From: Promethearchaeati archaeon
Lineage (GTDB): Archaea > Asgardarchaeota > Heimdallarchaeia > JABLTI01
Assembly (NCBI GenBank): GCA_013166835.1
Contig: JABLTI010000003.1
Location: 1-64,000 of the forward strand
Direction: 5' to 3'
Length of the DNA: 64,000 nt
The notes under the pieces were generated by a model. It had not been told where the DNA came from, made no database searches, and saw only the letters and a program-made list of their open reading frames with translations. The position numbers were made by a program, and so were the translations under genes. Shown piece by piece: positions 1 through 10,064 of this stretch (position 1 is the stretch's first letter; the number at the start of each line of letters is the position of its first letter).

Positions 1-28
1 AGATGCCTAATAGGCATCTGTAAATGAC

Positions 29-2281
29 TTAAAGCTCAGCTTCTTCTGAGGAAACGACGCTAGTTTCACCAGCAGGCTTAGTCTTGTATTTAATCTCGAT
101 AGTGGTATTTGGTTCGATTGCTTCAAAGGTCCACTTGAGCACTTTGGAATCATATTCATCAATGACTTCTGGTTCATGACTAACATCCCAAATAACTTGG
201 TCCTTGGGAACCTTTTCAGTGAGAATATAATTTGTGAGCTCGCTTTCACCTAAATTTTCAATAGTGAGAATAACTTCGAATTCTCCTTCAGTTTCAAGTG
301 CATGAACATCTCGACCTTTAGCAATATTACGTCTTACATGTTCAACTTTAATTTCTATTGATTCTAGTTCAATAGGTATTTCTTGTCCTAAAGGATCAGT
401 ATTAGCAGTGATTGTTATGTTGGATTTGTAAGTTGTATCTTTCTCAGGTTTTTGAGCAATAATTGGATATTTAATTACTAAATCTTCGCCGGGATTTAGT
501 GCTCCAGTGTTGGTGTCATTAAGATTTTCAAGTTCTATAGTTAGCTTATGAGCAATAGTTGGATCCTTATCCTCAGGCTTAACTGATATAGCTTCACTTG
601 GAATAATCATTTCTTTTCCACTTAGACGAACTTCTATCTCATCTCTATTTGGAGGTAAATACCATTTCTGAATTTCATCAACTAGTTTTACCTTGTTTAT
701 ATATGCGCCACCAGTATTGGTTAATTTACTTGTAAGCTTCATTGGAGTGATTTTGAATGATGGTAAAGTAGTAATGTTACAAATAATTTCACCTTTAACA
801 GCAACAACTGCTAATTCTACATCTTCATAATGTAGTTTGTAGATTGATTTCAGTTTGTGGTCAGCAACAGTGAAGAATTCAATTTTAGTTTTGAATTTAG
901 GATATTTACCTGGTTCAGAAGTATATGTCCAACTTTTTGATTCCCATTTACCTTTTGCAGCAATTTCTGGGATATCGTTAGGATCAATATCAATGAATTT
1001 AGCTGTTGGTTCCTTTGGTCTATAAACGTCTGCATTGACTAATCGGAGAACATAATCACTCTTGTTAGTAAAGATAAACTTGCAATCGTAACTGTTAGGT
1101 TCATCTTCAAGTTCATTTGTTACGATACTAAAAGCATTGTTAGTGTAGCTTGCAAACGAAGAAATACCAATGCCACTTAGTGTTTTTGCTAATTTATATT
1201 TCGCAATTACTTCACCAGAACGAACTTTGGCATCTTTGTCATCAATTTGTACAGACATTTCTAATTCAAGGAATTCTTCTGCTTCTTCAGCTAATTCTTC
1301 GATTTTCCAAAGAACAAATTTCTTTCCTTCTTTTTCGACAATTTCTGCGTTACCAATTGATTGTCCTTTAACATTTACATTAGAAAATTCAGGTAGGATT
1401 ACTTTCTTGACTTTTACGTTTTCTAATGTTTCTTGAGAAAGATTATCAACGAATATTTTGAAATACACTATGTTTTCTGTATTCAACAAAAGCGAGTATG
1501 AAGCAACTTCGGGGTCATTAATTGTTGAAATGAATTCAGAGACTTTTAATTCAGGTCTTATAATTTCCTTAACTGAATACTCGATTTCATGCTTCTCGGT
1601 TGGTTCTAGTTCTTGAATTGAAATGGAATCTTCTTCAAGAGTTGTTCTTTCAAGGTCTTCTAGTTCGAGTTTTATGTCCCACAATTTATCATTTTCAGAA
1701 ATATTTTCCAAAATGACTAATCCTTTACTTGTAGGATCTTTTGCAGTTGGTGTGCCGTCGTTTTTGTAAAAAGCTTCATATTTCTCTTTAATAACAATTG
1801 GAACTAATTTGCTCTCAGTATCTTCTTCAATTGTTAATTCACCTTCTACTTCACCAGTTTCTTCATCAACAGTTTCTACTACAATTTCTTCTTCAGAATC
1901 AAAGGTTTCAATCTCAGTTTCTTCCATTTCTTCCGCTTTCAGTTCTTCAGCTTCCTCTTCCTCAACTTGTTCTTCTTCAGCGAAACCCATTCCTTGTATC
2001 TCTTCTTCAAGTTCTGCATCTTTTGTTTCTTCGAGTTTCATTCGAGTGGATTTAGCTTCAACAGCAAGAAAGAAATTTCGAATTTCATTTTCTTGTTTCT
2101 TCACTTTTGGATCTTCTTTTCGATCAACTGCTAAGTAGATAATATCTTTGGATTTGGGAGATAGTTTAGCAGCAGCTTCAGAAAATTGATCAAAAAGCTC
2201 GCGGGTTGTGATAGTTAATTCAGCTTTCAAACGCTTGTCAATTTCGACTTTTCCTATATCGTTTAATCTAATTGTTACCAT
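29..2281 (-). CDS. Large acidic cytoplasmic protein with tandem Ig-like beta-sandwich (DUF11/mu-homology-like) domains
   Basis: 750-aa ORF with no signal peptide; Glu-rich linker at aa ~85-155; recurring I.N...L.N..V...I and L.W.I..I....E..Y motifs typical of Ig-like sandwiches. Confidence 0.55.
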   Translation of the reverse strand: MVTIRLNDIGKVEIDKRLKAELTITTRELFDQFSEAAAKLSPKSKDIIYLAVDRKEDPKVKKQENEIRNFFLAVEAKSTRMKLEETKDAELEEEIQGMGFAEEEQVEEEEAEELKAEEMEETEIETFDSEEEIVVETVDEETGEVEGELTIEEDTESKLVPIVIKEKYEAFYKNDGTPTAKDPTSKGLVILENISENDKLWDIKLELEDLERTTLEEDSISIQELEPTEKHEIEYSVKEIIRPELKVSEFISTINDPEVASYSLLLNTENIVYFKIFVDNLSQETLENVKVKKVILPEFSNVNVKGQSIGNAEIVEKEGKKFVLWKIEELAEEAEEFLELEMSVQIDDKDAKVRSGEVIAKYKLAKTLSGIGISSFASYTNNAFSIVTNELEDEPNSYDCKFIFTNKSDYVLRLVNADVYRPKEPTAKFIDIDPNDIPEIAAKGKWESKSWTYTSEPGKYPKFKTKIEFFTVADHKLKSIYKLHYEDVELAVVAVKGEIICNITTLPSFKITPMKLTSKLTNTGGAYINKVKLVDEIQKWYLPPNRDEIEVRLSGKEMIIPSEAISVKPEDKDPTIAHKLTIELENLNDTNTGALNPGEDLVIKYPIIAQKPEKDTTYKSNITITANTDPLGQEIPIELESIEIKVEHVRRNIAKGRDVHALETEGEFEVILTIENLGESELTNYILTEKVPKDQVIWDVSHEPEVIDEYDSKVLKWTFEAIEPNTTIEIKYKTKPAGETSVVSSEEAEL

Positions 2282-2492
2282 GCTTTTGCACCTAAAAGTA
2301 GTTTATACTTATTTTGGGATATTACAAGGAATTCATTCTGAATTATAATCTTTCGAAAGGAGACTATTTGATAAAAAACGTAAAAATGTAAGAAAATAGA
2401 GAAAGATTTCTCTCAATCGAGATTAATAAGAAGTTATTTCAACTAAATAATAATTCAGAAATAACTGTTCTTAACAAGGAGTATAAAATCCG

Positions 2493-3791
2493 TTGATTCA
2501 ACAGGAGGTAGCTGAACAAAGTGAAGGTAAAACGAAATCAAACTGGTTTACTTTTGAAAGAAATGAAATATTACTTCTACTCAGTTATTTTCTATTTGGT
2601 GTTGCTTTCGCTAGTTATGAACCATACGCACCTTTATGGTTGAATCAGATCTTCTCTGAAGATTCATTTCTAATAATAGGATTTGTTGTAGTAATTCCAA
2701 GCATAGTAACAGCTTTAGGAACTGCTGGATGGGGATTTCTTGCAGATAAATTTGGAACTAAAAAATTTGTAATCATAGGTTATGTATCATTTGCATTTAT
2801 GTTTCTAGGTCTTATTATAATACAGATTTTTACTCAGACTTCAATTTATTTTCTAGTAGTAATTCTTATTGGCTATCTCTTTGGATCAGCTCAAGCATCT
2901 AATTTAGCTGCTTTGGCAACAAGAACAATCAATAAACCAAGAGAAATAATTATGGCAAAACTCACTATTACAGTTAGTCTTGCTTTTGTAATTCTAAGTC
3001 CATTAGTTGGTTGGATTATTGATAATTTTGCAAACGCGATGGTTATACAATTAATTATTGCAACTAGTGCTATTGTTATGGCAATAATCATCCTAATTTT
3101 TGTTAAAGAAAATGAACCTATCAAAATAGTTGATGAATTCCAAAAAGAAAATAAAAGTAAAATAGTTATGACAGTGTTTCCATTCATTTTCATAGGAATA
3201 ATGGTTCTAGTCTTTGCCTTTCAAACCGGAGGGGGATTTTGGGCATACACATCCATTTATTTCTTGGATGAATTAGCTATTCCCGGCAAAATGTTTTCAA
3301 TATTTCTTATTGCTAAAACAGTTCTAGCAATTCCTGTTTCTTTCCTACTGGGATCTGTGAAATCGCGGAAAAAGATAGGAATAATCATCTGTGTATTCCT
3401 TGGTTATTTCACGTTAGTATACGTATTGATGACAATATTCCCAACGAATTGGAGAATGCTAATCGCATTATCTTTTGTTCCAATGTATCCGATTTATAAT
3501 GTCTTCTTCTTTTCTTTGGTTGATATATATTCAAATGAAAAAAGAAGAGCGACGGCATTTGGAATATTAAGTACCTTTGGAACTTTAGGATACGTTACAG
3601 GGATACTACTACTAGGGATATTTGCTGATTCCTCATCGAATGGAATTTTTATTATGTTTCCAGTTACTCTGGCACTGCAAGCATTTGGTTTTGTGGTAGC
3701 AATTCTGTTATACTTCTTTGTTTTTAGAAAGGAAAAGACACCAGAAAGCACTCAAGACAACTCAAAAGCTATAGAAACAGAGATTACCTAA
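2493..3791 (+). CDS. MFS transporter
   Basis: About 12 hydrophobic segments; motif A GFLADKFGTKK. Confidence 0.9.
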   Translation: MIQQEVAEQSEGKTKSNWFTFERNEILLLLSYFLFGVAFASYEPYAPLWLNQIFSEDSFLIIGFVVVIPSIVTALGTAGWGFLADKFGTKKFVIIGYVSFAFMFLGLIIIQIFTQTSIYFLVVILIGYLFGSAQASNLAALATRTINKPREIIMAKLTITVSLAFVILSPLVGWIIDNFANAMVIQLIIATSAIVMAIIILIFVKENEPIKIVDEFQKENKSKIVMTVFPFIFIGIMVLVFAFQTGGGFWAYTSIYFLDELAIPGKMFSIFLIAKTVLAIPVSFLLGSVKSRKKIGIIICVFLGYFTLVYVLMTIFPTNWRMLIALSFVPMYPIYNVFFFSLVDIYSNEKRRATAFGILSTFGTLGYVTGILLLGIFADSSSNGIFIMFPVTLALQAFGFVVAILLYFFVFRKEKTPESTQDNSKAIETEIT

Positions 3792-3841
3792 CTACTACTT
3801 AAAAACTAAATTTTGGAATCAATTTCAGAACTATGAGTTTG

Positions 3842-4804
3842 TTATCTTCCAAGATCCATCTCTAAAGAAGTAATTTCATCAGGTAAACCCTTTTCTTTTG
3901 TAACATTAGCGAAAACAGAACCTATTACACCATTGAAGATTTCTCTTTGTTCATTTTCACAATTGAAATAAATGAATCTACCATTTGGAATATCTTTAGC
4001 GTAATCATAGAAAATTTGTCCAGGATGATATTTGTCTTTTGTACCGTGTACTACAAATAATTCTTCAGATATTTTATCAAGTTGATCAGTTATATTAAAA
4101 TTCAAATTTTGCATGCAAGCTTTACGCCATTTGTATGGTTCTGCACCTCTAATAAAATCTAGAATACGTTCTTTCTGATGTTGATTCTTCATAGTTCTTA
4201 AAATAATCTTTGCAAATACAAATCGGAAAGCTCCCATGATGAATGGCGGTAAAATAGGTAGAAGCCATTTAACTGCCTTTCTATTGTAAGCCCACAAGCA
4301 TAATGGATCAAAAACGACAATTGTTGGAGCAGTGAAATATTTCTGGATTAAACCTTGGAGAACCACTCCACTGCAATAGCTAGTGCCATAAAGTACAAAA
4401 TCTCTTTTATCCAAGCCAAGATACTTAATAGCTGCTGCAACATCTTTTGCTTTTTGATCTACGGTGAGATTTGTTTTTCTATTACGTTTTATTCTACTTG
4501 ACGCTTTTTCTCTTGTCTCCAAAAAGTAATACTCAGTGTTGTTGTGTATTGGTTTTGGAAAACCTCTCCAAGACCAAGGAGTTGTAGAATAACCAGGAAT
4601 AAATAAAATTGGTCTTTTTGCAGTAATATTCTTTGGTTTTCGATGAAAAACTCGAATTTCTCCACCGTCAACAGGAATATAGAATTGTTCACATTCTCCT
4701 TCCTCATAGAATTCCGGGGCATCTTTTGGTGAGTCCTCAATTAGGTTTTTAATAAGATCTAATTGCTCTTGAGTTAAATCGAATTCATTTTCATCCATTA
4801 CCAT
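3842..4804 (-). CDS. Alpha/beta hydrolase
   Basis: FIPGY oxyanion loop, GTSYC nucleophile elbow, VVHGTKD. Confidence 0.75.
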   Translation of the reverse strand: MVMDENEFDLTQEQLDLIKNLIEDSPKDAPEFYEEGECEQFYIPVDGGEIRVFHRKPKNITAKRPILFIPGYSTTPWSWRGFPKPIHNNTEYYFLETREKASSRIKRNRKTNLTVDQKAKDVAAAIKYLGLDKRDFVLYGTSYCSGVVLQGLIQKYFTAPTIVVFDPLCLWAYNRKAVKWLLPILPPFIMGAFRFVFAKIILRTMKNQHQKERILDFIRGAEPYKWRKACMQNLNFNITDQLDKISEELFVVHGTKDKYHPGQIFYDYAKDIPNGRFIYFNCENEQREIFNGVIGSVFANVTKEKGLPDEITSLEMDLGR

Positions 4805-4945
4805 TTTACTATACTCCTGTTAAGAGTTGACTTTTTTTATATTCAACCATTTATTAATTTTCCACTCATTTTACAGTAATAAAGTAGAATATTATATGAG
4901 ATTATTGTATTGATTTGCATAAGAAAAATTGGAAATTTTAGAAAT

Positions 4946-6145
4946 TCAGTAGTACTCTGAAATTTCTCTCTTATCTTTTAGAATGGCTTGTACTTTTTTA
5001 AGCTCATCTGGGATCATAATTTCCATTGGGCACTTCTCAACACATTCCATACATTCAGTACAAAATGTTGCATTACCATTTGGTTTCTTGAGATCTAATT
5101 CAGCAGCTTTAGAGACTAACATTTTCCTATAACGTCTTCTTACTCGCCATCTTCGAAAACCTTCTTTTTCATGACTAAAGTAATTCAATAAAGCAAAGTT
5201 ATCTGGAATATTGACACCATAAGGGCAAGGCATACAATATTGACAAGTAGTACATGGGACAAGTATTTTCTTTTTGTATACTTCAGCAAGTTGATTAATA
5301 ACTGCTAAATCGTCTTTACTTAAAGAATTAACACCTGATTTATCTGCATAGCTACAATTTTCATCAAGTATTTGTTGTGATTCCATTCCACTTATTATCG
5401 TTGACACTTCTGGTAGATTCCAGAGAAATTGTAGCGCCCAATCAACCGGTGTTCTTTGCACTTCAGCTAGTTTCATAACCTCAGTAGCTTCTTCAGGAGG
5501 ATCAGCAAGCAATCCACCTTTTAGAGGTCCCATAATAACGGTGCCAATTCCTTTTTCATGGGCGTATTTCAACCCATCAGTTGTGGCTTGCATCCCGGTA
5601 TCCATGTAGTTATAGATTATTTGACACATATCCCAATCAAATGCATCAATTATCTCTTTGAATACTGCCAGAGTATCATGAAATGAAAAACCAATATATT
5701 TTATTAGCCCCTTTTCTCTTGCTTCGACCATTTTATCTAATAATTTCAAATTTTTAACTTGCTCAAATTTTTTCCGGTTCAATCCATGGAATAAGTAAAA
5801 ATCAATACAATCTGTTTGTAATCTCTCGAGTTGTTTCGCTAATTGCCTATCAAAATCCTCAGGTTTCCTTACAAGCATCATGAACAACTTATCTGCAATG
5901 TAAACTTTCTCCCGATAGCCATCCTGTAATGCTTGACCTAGTGCTTTCTCACTCCCACCTAAATGGTAAACGTATGCAGTATCAAAGTAGTTCACGCCTT
6001 GATCTATAGCACTCCTGATCATTTCAGTTGTTACTTTAGTTTTAACCCTACCTAGCATCATATTACCTCGAGTAGGTAATCTCATTAATCCAAAACCAAG
6101 TGCTGAAACCTTGATATCCAGTTTACCCATTTTTCTGTATTTCAT
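4946..6145 (-). CDS. Aldo/keto reductase with C-terminal 4Fe-4S domain
   Basis: SALGFGLMRLP, NYFDTAYVYH, IGFSFH; CTTCQYCMPCP and CTECMECVEKCP. Confidence 0.92.
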   Translation of the reverse strand: MKYRKMGKLDIKVSALGFGLMRLPTRGNMMLGRVKTKVTTEMIRSAIDQGVNYFDTAYVYHLGGSEKALGQALQDGYREKVYIADKLFMMLVRKPEDFDRQLAKQLERLQTDCIDFYLFHGLNRKKFEQVKNLKLLDKMVEAREKGLIKYIGFSFHDTLAVFKEIIDAFDWDMCQIIYNYMDTGMQATTDGLKYAHEKGIGTVIMGPLKGGLLADPPEEATEVMKLAEVQRTPVDWALQFLWNLPEVSTIISGMESQQILDENCSYADKSGVNSLSKDDLAVINQLAEVYKKKILVPCTTCQYCMPCPYGVNIPDNFALLNYFSHEKEGFRRWRVRRRYRKMLVSKAAELDLKKPNGNATFCTECMECVEKCPMEIMIPDELKKVQAILKDKREISEYY

Positions 6146-6204
6146 TTTACTCAGAAGAAGGATAATTGGAAAGTTAATAAATCTTCCAATATATTTTTTT
6201 CAAT

Positions 6205-7833
6205 TTAGTTCTGTAAATTGAATTCCATTATTTTATTTAGTAATCTCATGAATTCCATTTCTTTTGCCATTTTGCTTGCTTGTTTTAAAATTTCTTTAGC
6301 TTCGTTTTCTTTATTTTCTAAAGAAGTGATTATGGATTTTATCCAATAATGCTCAGCAAATAAGAGCTTAGATTGTTGTTTTGTAGCTAATTTTGATAAG
6401 CGATCACTATAATATTTGAGACGCTCTAGATCCTCATCATTTTTACTTTGAGAATACTTCTTGATAAGTAAATAGCAGTAGTTTAATATTGCATTAACAG
6501 TTGTTTCTTGATCAGTTACAGGTTCATTAATGACTTGTAAATATAATTCCTCTACTTTTCCAAGCACTGTATCTCCATCTCCACTAAGCACTAATGCTTT
6601 AAGGAAAAGGAAACGATGCTTAATGACATCATTTTCTTGTTCAAGAGAAATGTTTTCTAATTCATTAACTAAGCTTTTAGCTCCATTGATTTTGTTTCGA
6701 CTAATCAACACTTGAACTAGATAGAAAAGTGTTCTTGACAATGCTACTGCGGTTATCTTGTCTTTTAATTGATACACTAAACTAAGATGAATTTCTGCTT
6801 CTTCTATTAAACCTAAATCGAAATAGACTTTTCCTATTGAATTATAACCTGCAGTTATCAAAGATATATTGTTTAATTCTTGAAACAATGGTATAGTATA
6901 TTCAAAATTCATTAAAGCTTCTCTTAGTTTTCCTTGTAAGTTATGAATTAATCCAATATTGTAAATTGTAGTAGCTATTGTTATATTATTACCTACTTTT
7001 TGGAAATTTTCCAGTGCTTTCTTGTAGTAACTCAATGAAGTATTAAGATTTCCAGAAAAATGATGTACTACCCCTAAATTGATATTTATTCTCGCTATCT
7101 CATTTATTGATCCAATTTTTTTGAGTATCTCTAATCCTCTTTGAAGATATTCCATAGTTTCATCTAGTTTTCCTTCTAGATTGTAATGTAAAGCTAAAGT
7201 ACTATAGGCTCTACCTTTAATTAAATCAAATTCTTTTTTCTCTGAAATTAGTAATGACTCATTAATATTATTTAATGCTTCATCCTTTTTTCCTTCTCTT
7301 CTCCTTATTGAAGACAAATAAAGTAACACATCAGCTTTTGAATACAAATCATTCAAGTCATCATAAACAGCAATTGATTCTTCAAACAAAGGTTTTGCTG
7401 TTTTATCTTCTCCCTTGAATGAGAAATATTTTCCTTTTTGAAAATTATAGTGTGCTTTCAATATTTTCTTCTCTATTGACTCAGCTAATTCTGCTATTGA
7501 TGATACACCGAAATTTATTCCAGAAAGCATTTCATCATATTTACCTATTTCACCTAATATTGATATTTTTATTAGATTTGCTTCAAGAACGAGTATGTGT
7601 AAATCCTTCTTCTTAATGCTTACAATTAACTTATCCAGCTTTTCTATTGCCTTAGCATAGTCTCCAAGTTTAATTTTCAAGTAATTTTCCCAAATTGATA
7701 ATTGAAAGAATTCTCGGCTGTTTTTCTTAACAGTTTTTTTCAAATTCATTATATCATCTAACGTTTTCGAAAATTTCCCTTTTTTGATTAAATTTTCAAT
7801 TGTTATAATTTTCTGATATAAGGAATCTAACAA
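6205..7833 (-). CDS. Tetratricopeptide repeat protein (MalT-like TPR)
   Basis: Repeated NLG/NIG..H...G....AL..Y helical repeats. Confidence 0.85.
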   Translation of the reverse strand: MLDSLYQKIITIENLIKKGKFSKTLDDIMNLKKTVKKNSREFFQLSIWENYLKIKLGDYAKAIEKLDKLIVSIKKKDLHILVLEANLIKISILGEIGKYDEMLSGINFGVSSIAELAESIEKKILKAHYNFQKGKYFSFKGEDKTAKPLFEESIAVYDDLNDLYSKADVLLYLSSIRRREGKKDEALNNINESLLISEKKEFDLIKGRAYSTLALHYNLEGKLDETMEYLQRGLEILKKIGSINEIARININLGVVHHFSGNLNTSLSYYKKALENFQKVGNNITIATTIYNIGLIHNLQGKLREALMNFEYTIPLFQELNNISLITAGYNSIGKVYFDLGLIEEAEIHLSLVYQLKDKITAVALSRTLFYLVQVLISRNKINGAKSLVNELENISLEQENDVIKHRFLFLKALVLSGDGDTVLGKVEELYLQVINEPVTDQETTVNAILNYCYLLIKKYSQSKNDEDLERLKYYSDRLSKLATKQQSKLLFAEHYWIKSIITSLENKENEAKEILKQASKMAKEMEFMRLLNKIMEFNLQN

Positions 7834-7948
7834 ACTATAACCCCAATAACACTAGATTTTGTTTGCAGTTATAACAGTTTCTTAAAAGGTAATTAAACTG
7901 ATGAAAACAATCTAGAACAAAAAGAAATAATGGAAAATATCTTTTCCA

Positions 7949-8746
7949 TCATTCAACTAGTACTTTTTCAGGTGTTTGAGTCAGAACAGCTTCAGTTTCC
8001 TCAGTTTCCGCAGGACTTTTTGGAATGTAATCATTCCAATTGAATGCTGTCCATAATCCAAACAGTATTGGTATTCCCGTGTTAAATTCTAGCAAGCTAT
8101 TCACAGCTAGAACTTCCCAATCTATTGGTCTAATACCTGCAATCATTAAGGTAGATTCCATTGAGAAATGAATGAATATCCCAGTAACAATTAAAATTCC
8201 AAAGTACCAATACGGAATATTCTTCATAATATTCCAAGGGAACCCATCCAGAAACTCGGACAGTACTTTCCAAATCAGTAAAATTGCATACCCTACAGAA
8301 GCCATTATGATTTGTTTAATTCTCGCGTTTCCCATGTCTCTATTGATATTTATAATTCGATCATCCCAAACAATATATTTAGACATCAAACCGATTGCTA
8401 ACCAACCACAGTACATCAATCCTGCCCACATAAGCTTCTCCACAACATGGATCTTCTTATTAAACATAAGCGGTGCGAAGGAAAACATGATCATACCATA
8501 AGTGAAGGAGAAGTAAGTCAAGAAAACATGCGGACCAATAACTCCACCTGTATCAATAATACGTGTTCCTTTTATTGTATACCAAATAACGGCATCTACG
8601 AATTGAACTACACCATACCCAAAGAGTCCAAAGAAAAACTCTTTGTACCTCTTTCTAACAAATAATAAAGCCATCCAAACTGTGACCAACATAAGGTCGA
8701 AATAGATGAAATCGATACCAAAAATCCTACCAACATCATTAGACAT
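7949..8746 (-). CDS. Polytopic membrane protein of unknown function
   Basis: 265 aa with about 8 hydrophobic segments. Confidence 0.7.
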   Translation of the reverse strand: MSNDVGRIFGIDFIYFDLMLVTVWMALLFVRKRYKEFFFGLFGYGVVQFVDAVIWYTIKGTRIIDTGGVIGPHVFLTYFSFTYGMIMFSFAPLMFNKKIHVVEKLMWAGLMYCGWLAIGLMSKYIVWDDRIININRDMGNARIKQIIMASVGYAILLIWKVLSEFLDGFPWNIMKNIPYWYFGILIVTGIFIHFSMESTLMIAGIRPIDWEVLAVNSLLEFNTGIPILFGLWTAFNWNDYIPKSPAETEETEAVLTQTPEKVLVE

Positions 8747-9089
8747 AGCGATTATATGAAATTTGGTGATATTTAATTTTTATTGCGAAAACTCACTGTT
8801 GGTTAGCTTTTACTCATTTTGTAAAAAATAGCAAAATAATTGATTTCTAATCTTATTCATAAATATACAATCTTTCCTCGAATTAGAAGAACTCAATCTA
8901 TAAACAAGGAAATACTCTCAAATCACAAATATAAAGAATCTGTTAAAAAAACTGGATTGCTTTTCACTTGTGATTTGGTGATGTACATTAGTGACTAGCA
9001 AATATAATCCCCCTACTTATCCTAGTCCAACTTCTTCTACATTAAGAGCTAAACCTTTTAGAAATAGAAATTGAATATTAAAACGTTAT

Positions 9090-10001
9090 ATGGTGAGGAA
9101 GATGATAATTGATGCACATTGTCATGTTTGGGATAAGGAATATCTTTCTGATGAGCTTCGAGGTATCCTTATTGCAACAGCGGAGAAACATAAGTTTGAT
9201 TTGAGTCTAATTTTGAATGCGACTCCTGAAAGATTAGTAAAGGAAATGGATGAGGCGGGAATAGACAAAGCAGTAATACTTGCTTTAGATTATGAGTATC
9301 TTTACCGAGGACATATTAGTTACAAGGAATACAATGATAAAGTAGCAGGGTATGTAAAGGATTTTCCCGATAGGTTAATTGGTCTTGCTGGTATTGATCC
9401 AAGAAGAGGAAAGGAAGCCATTCAAGAGCTTGAGAGGTGTATAGGAAAGCTGGGATTCGCAGGAATCAAGCTCTGGCCTTTAATGGGATTTTATCCTGAT
9501 GATCCCAAATTTTACCCCTTTTACGAGCGCGTAGAAGAGCTTGGAGCTGTAATTTTATGCCATACTGGTGCTGGCCCACAAAAGACATATCTTAAATATT
9601 GTAGACCAGCATTTGTAGATACTGTTGCCATAGATTTTCCAAAAATTAAAATAATAATGGCCCATATGGGTGAACCCTGGACAAACGAAGCAATGACAGT
9701 GGCAGCAAAAAATCCTAATGTGTATATTGATATTTCAGCATGGGAAGCCATTTTTAAATATGCTCCATTTGCTTTTTACCAAACGCTAGTTCAGGCAAAG
9801 ATGAACTGTGGAATAGACAAAATTTTATTTGGTTCAGATTGGCCATTACTCTCTCCAATATTATCACTAGAACGATGGGTAAAAGGGATAAAAAAAATGG
9901 AATTACCGTCACTGCTTAAATCAATGGGGTATCCCGAATTTAATGAAGAAGAAAAAAACAAAATTCTTGGAGGAAACGCAGCAAAAATATTTGATTTATG
10001 A
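9090..10001 (+). CDS. Amidohydrolase family 2 (TIM-barrel metallohydrolase)
   Basis: IIDAHCH, CHTG, AHMG, ILFGSDWP, ILGGNA. Confidence 0.92.
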   Translation: MVRKMIIDAHCHVWDKEYLSDELRGILIATAEKHKFDLSLILNATPERLVKEMDEAGIDKAVILALDYEYLYRGHISYKEYNDKVAGYVKDFPDRLIGLAGIDPRRGKEAIQELERCIGKLGFAGIKLWPLMGFYPDDPKFYPFYERVEELGAVILCHTGAGPQKTYLKYCRPAFVDTVAIDFPKIKIIMAHMGEPWTNEAMTVAAKNPNVYIDISAWEAIFKYAPFAFYQTLVQAKMNCGIDKILFGSDWPLLSPILSLERWVKGIKKMELPSLLKSMGYPEFNEEEKNKILGGNAAKIFDL

Positions 10002-10033
10002 AAGATGCAAGAGTAAAATAAAAAAAAGGATTT

Positions 10034-10058
10034 ATGAGACGTTTAAATAACGCCTCAT
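10034..10058 (-). terminator. Hairpin between convergent genes, likely terminator of the LVIVD gene
   Basis: Minus strand ATGAGGCGTT-ATTTA-AACGTCTCAT (one G.U pair), followed by a T-tract. Confidence 0.55.
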
Positions 10059-10064
10059 TTTTCA

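Noticed and set aside
1798-2138. Ser-rich and Leu/Gln-rich ORFs on the plus strand
   Set aside because: Antisense shadows of the GAA-rich acidic linker in the 750-aa gene; the same applies to the other short ORFs nested within or antisense to long genes
8747-9089. 343-bp intergenic region as a possible ncRNA or small gene
   Set aside because: No convincing ORF, tRNA fold or strong stem seen; compatible with divergent promoters
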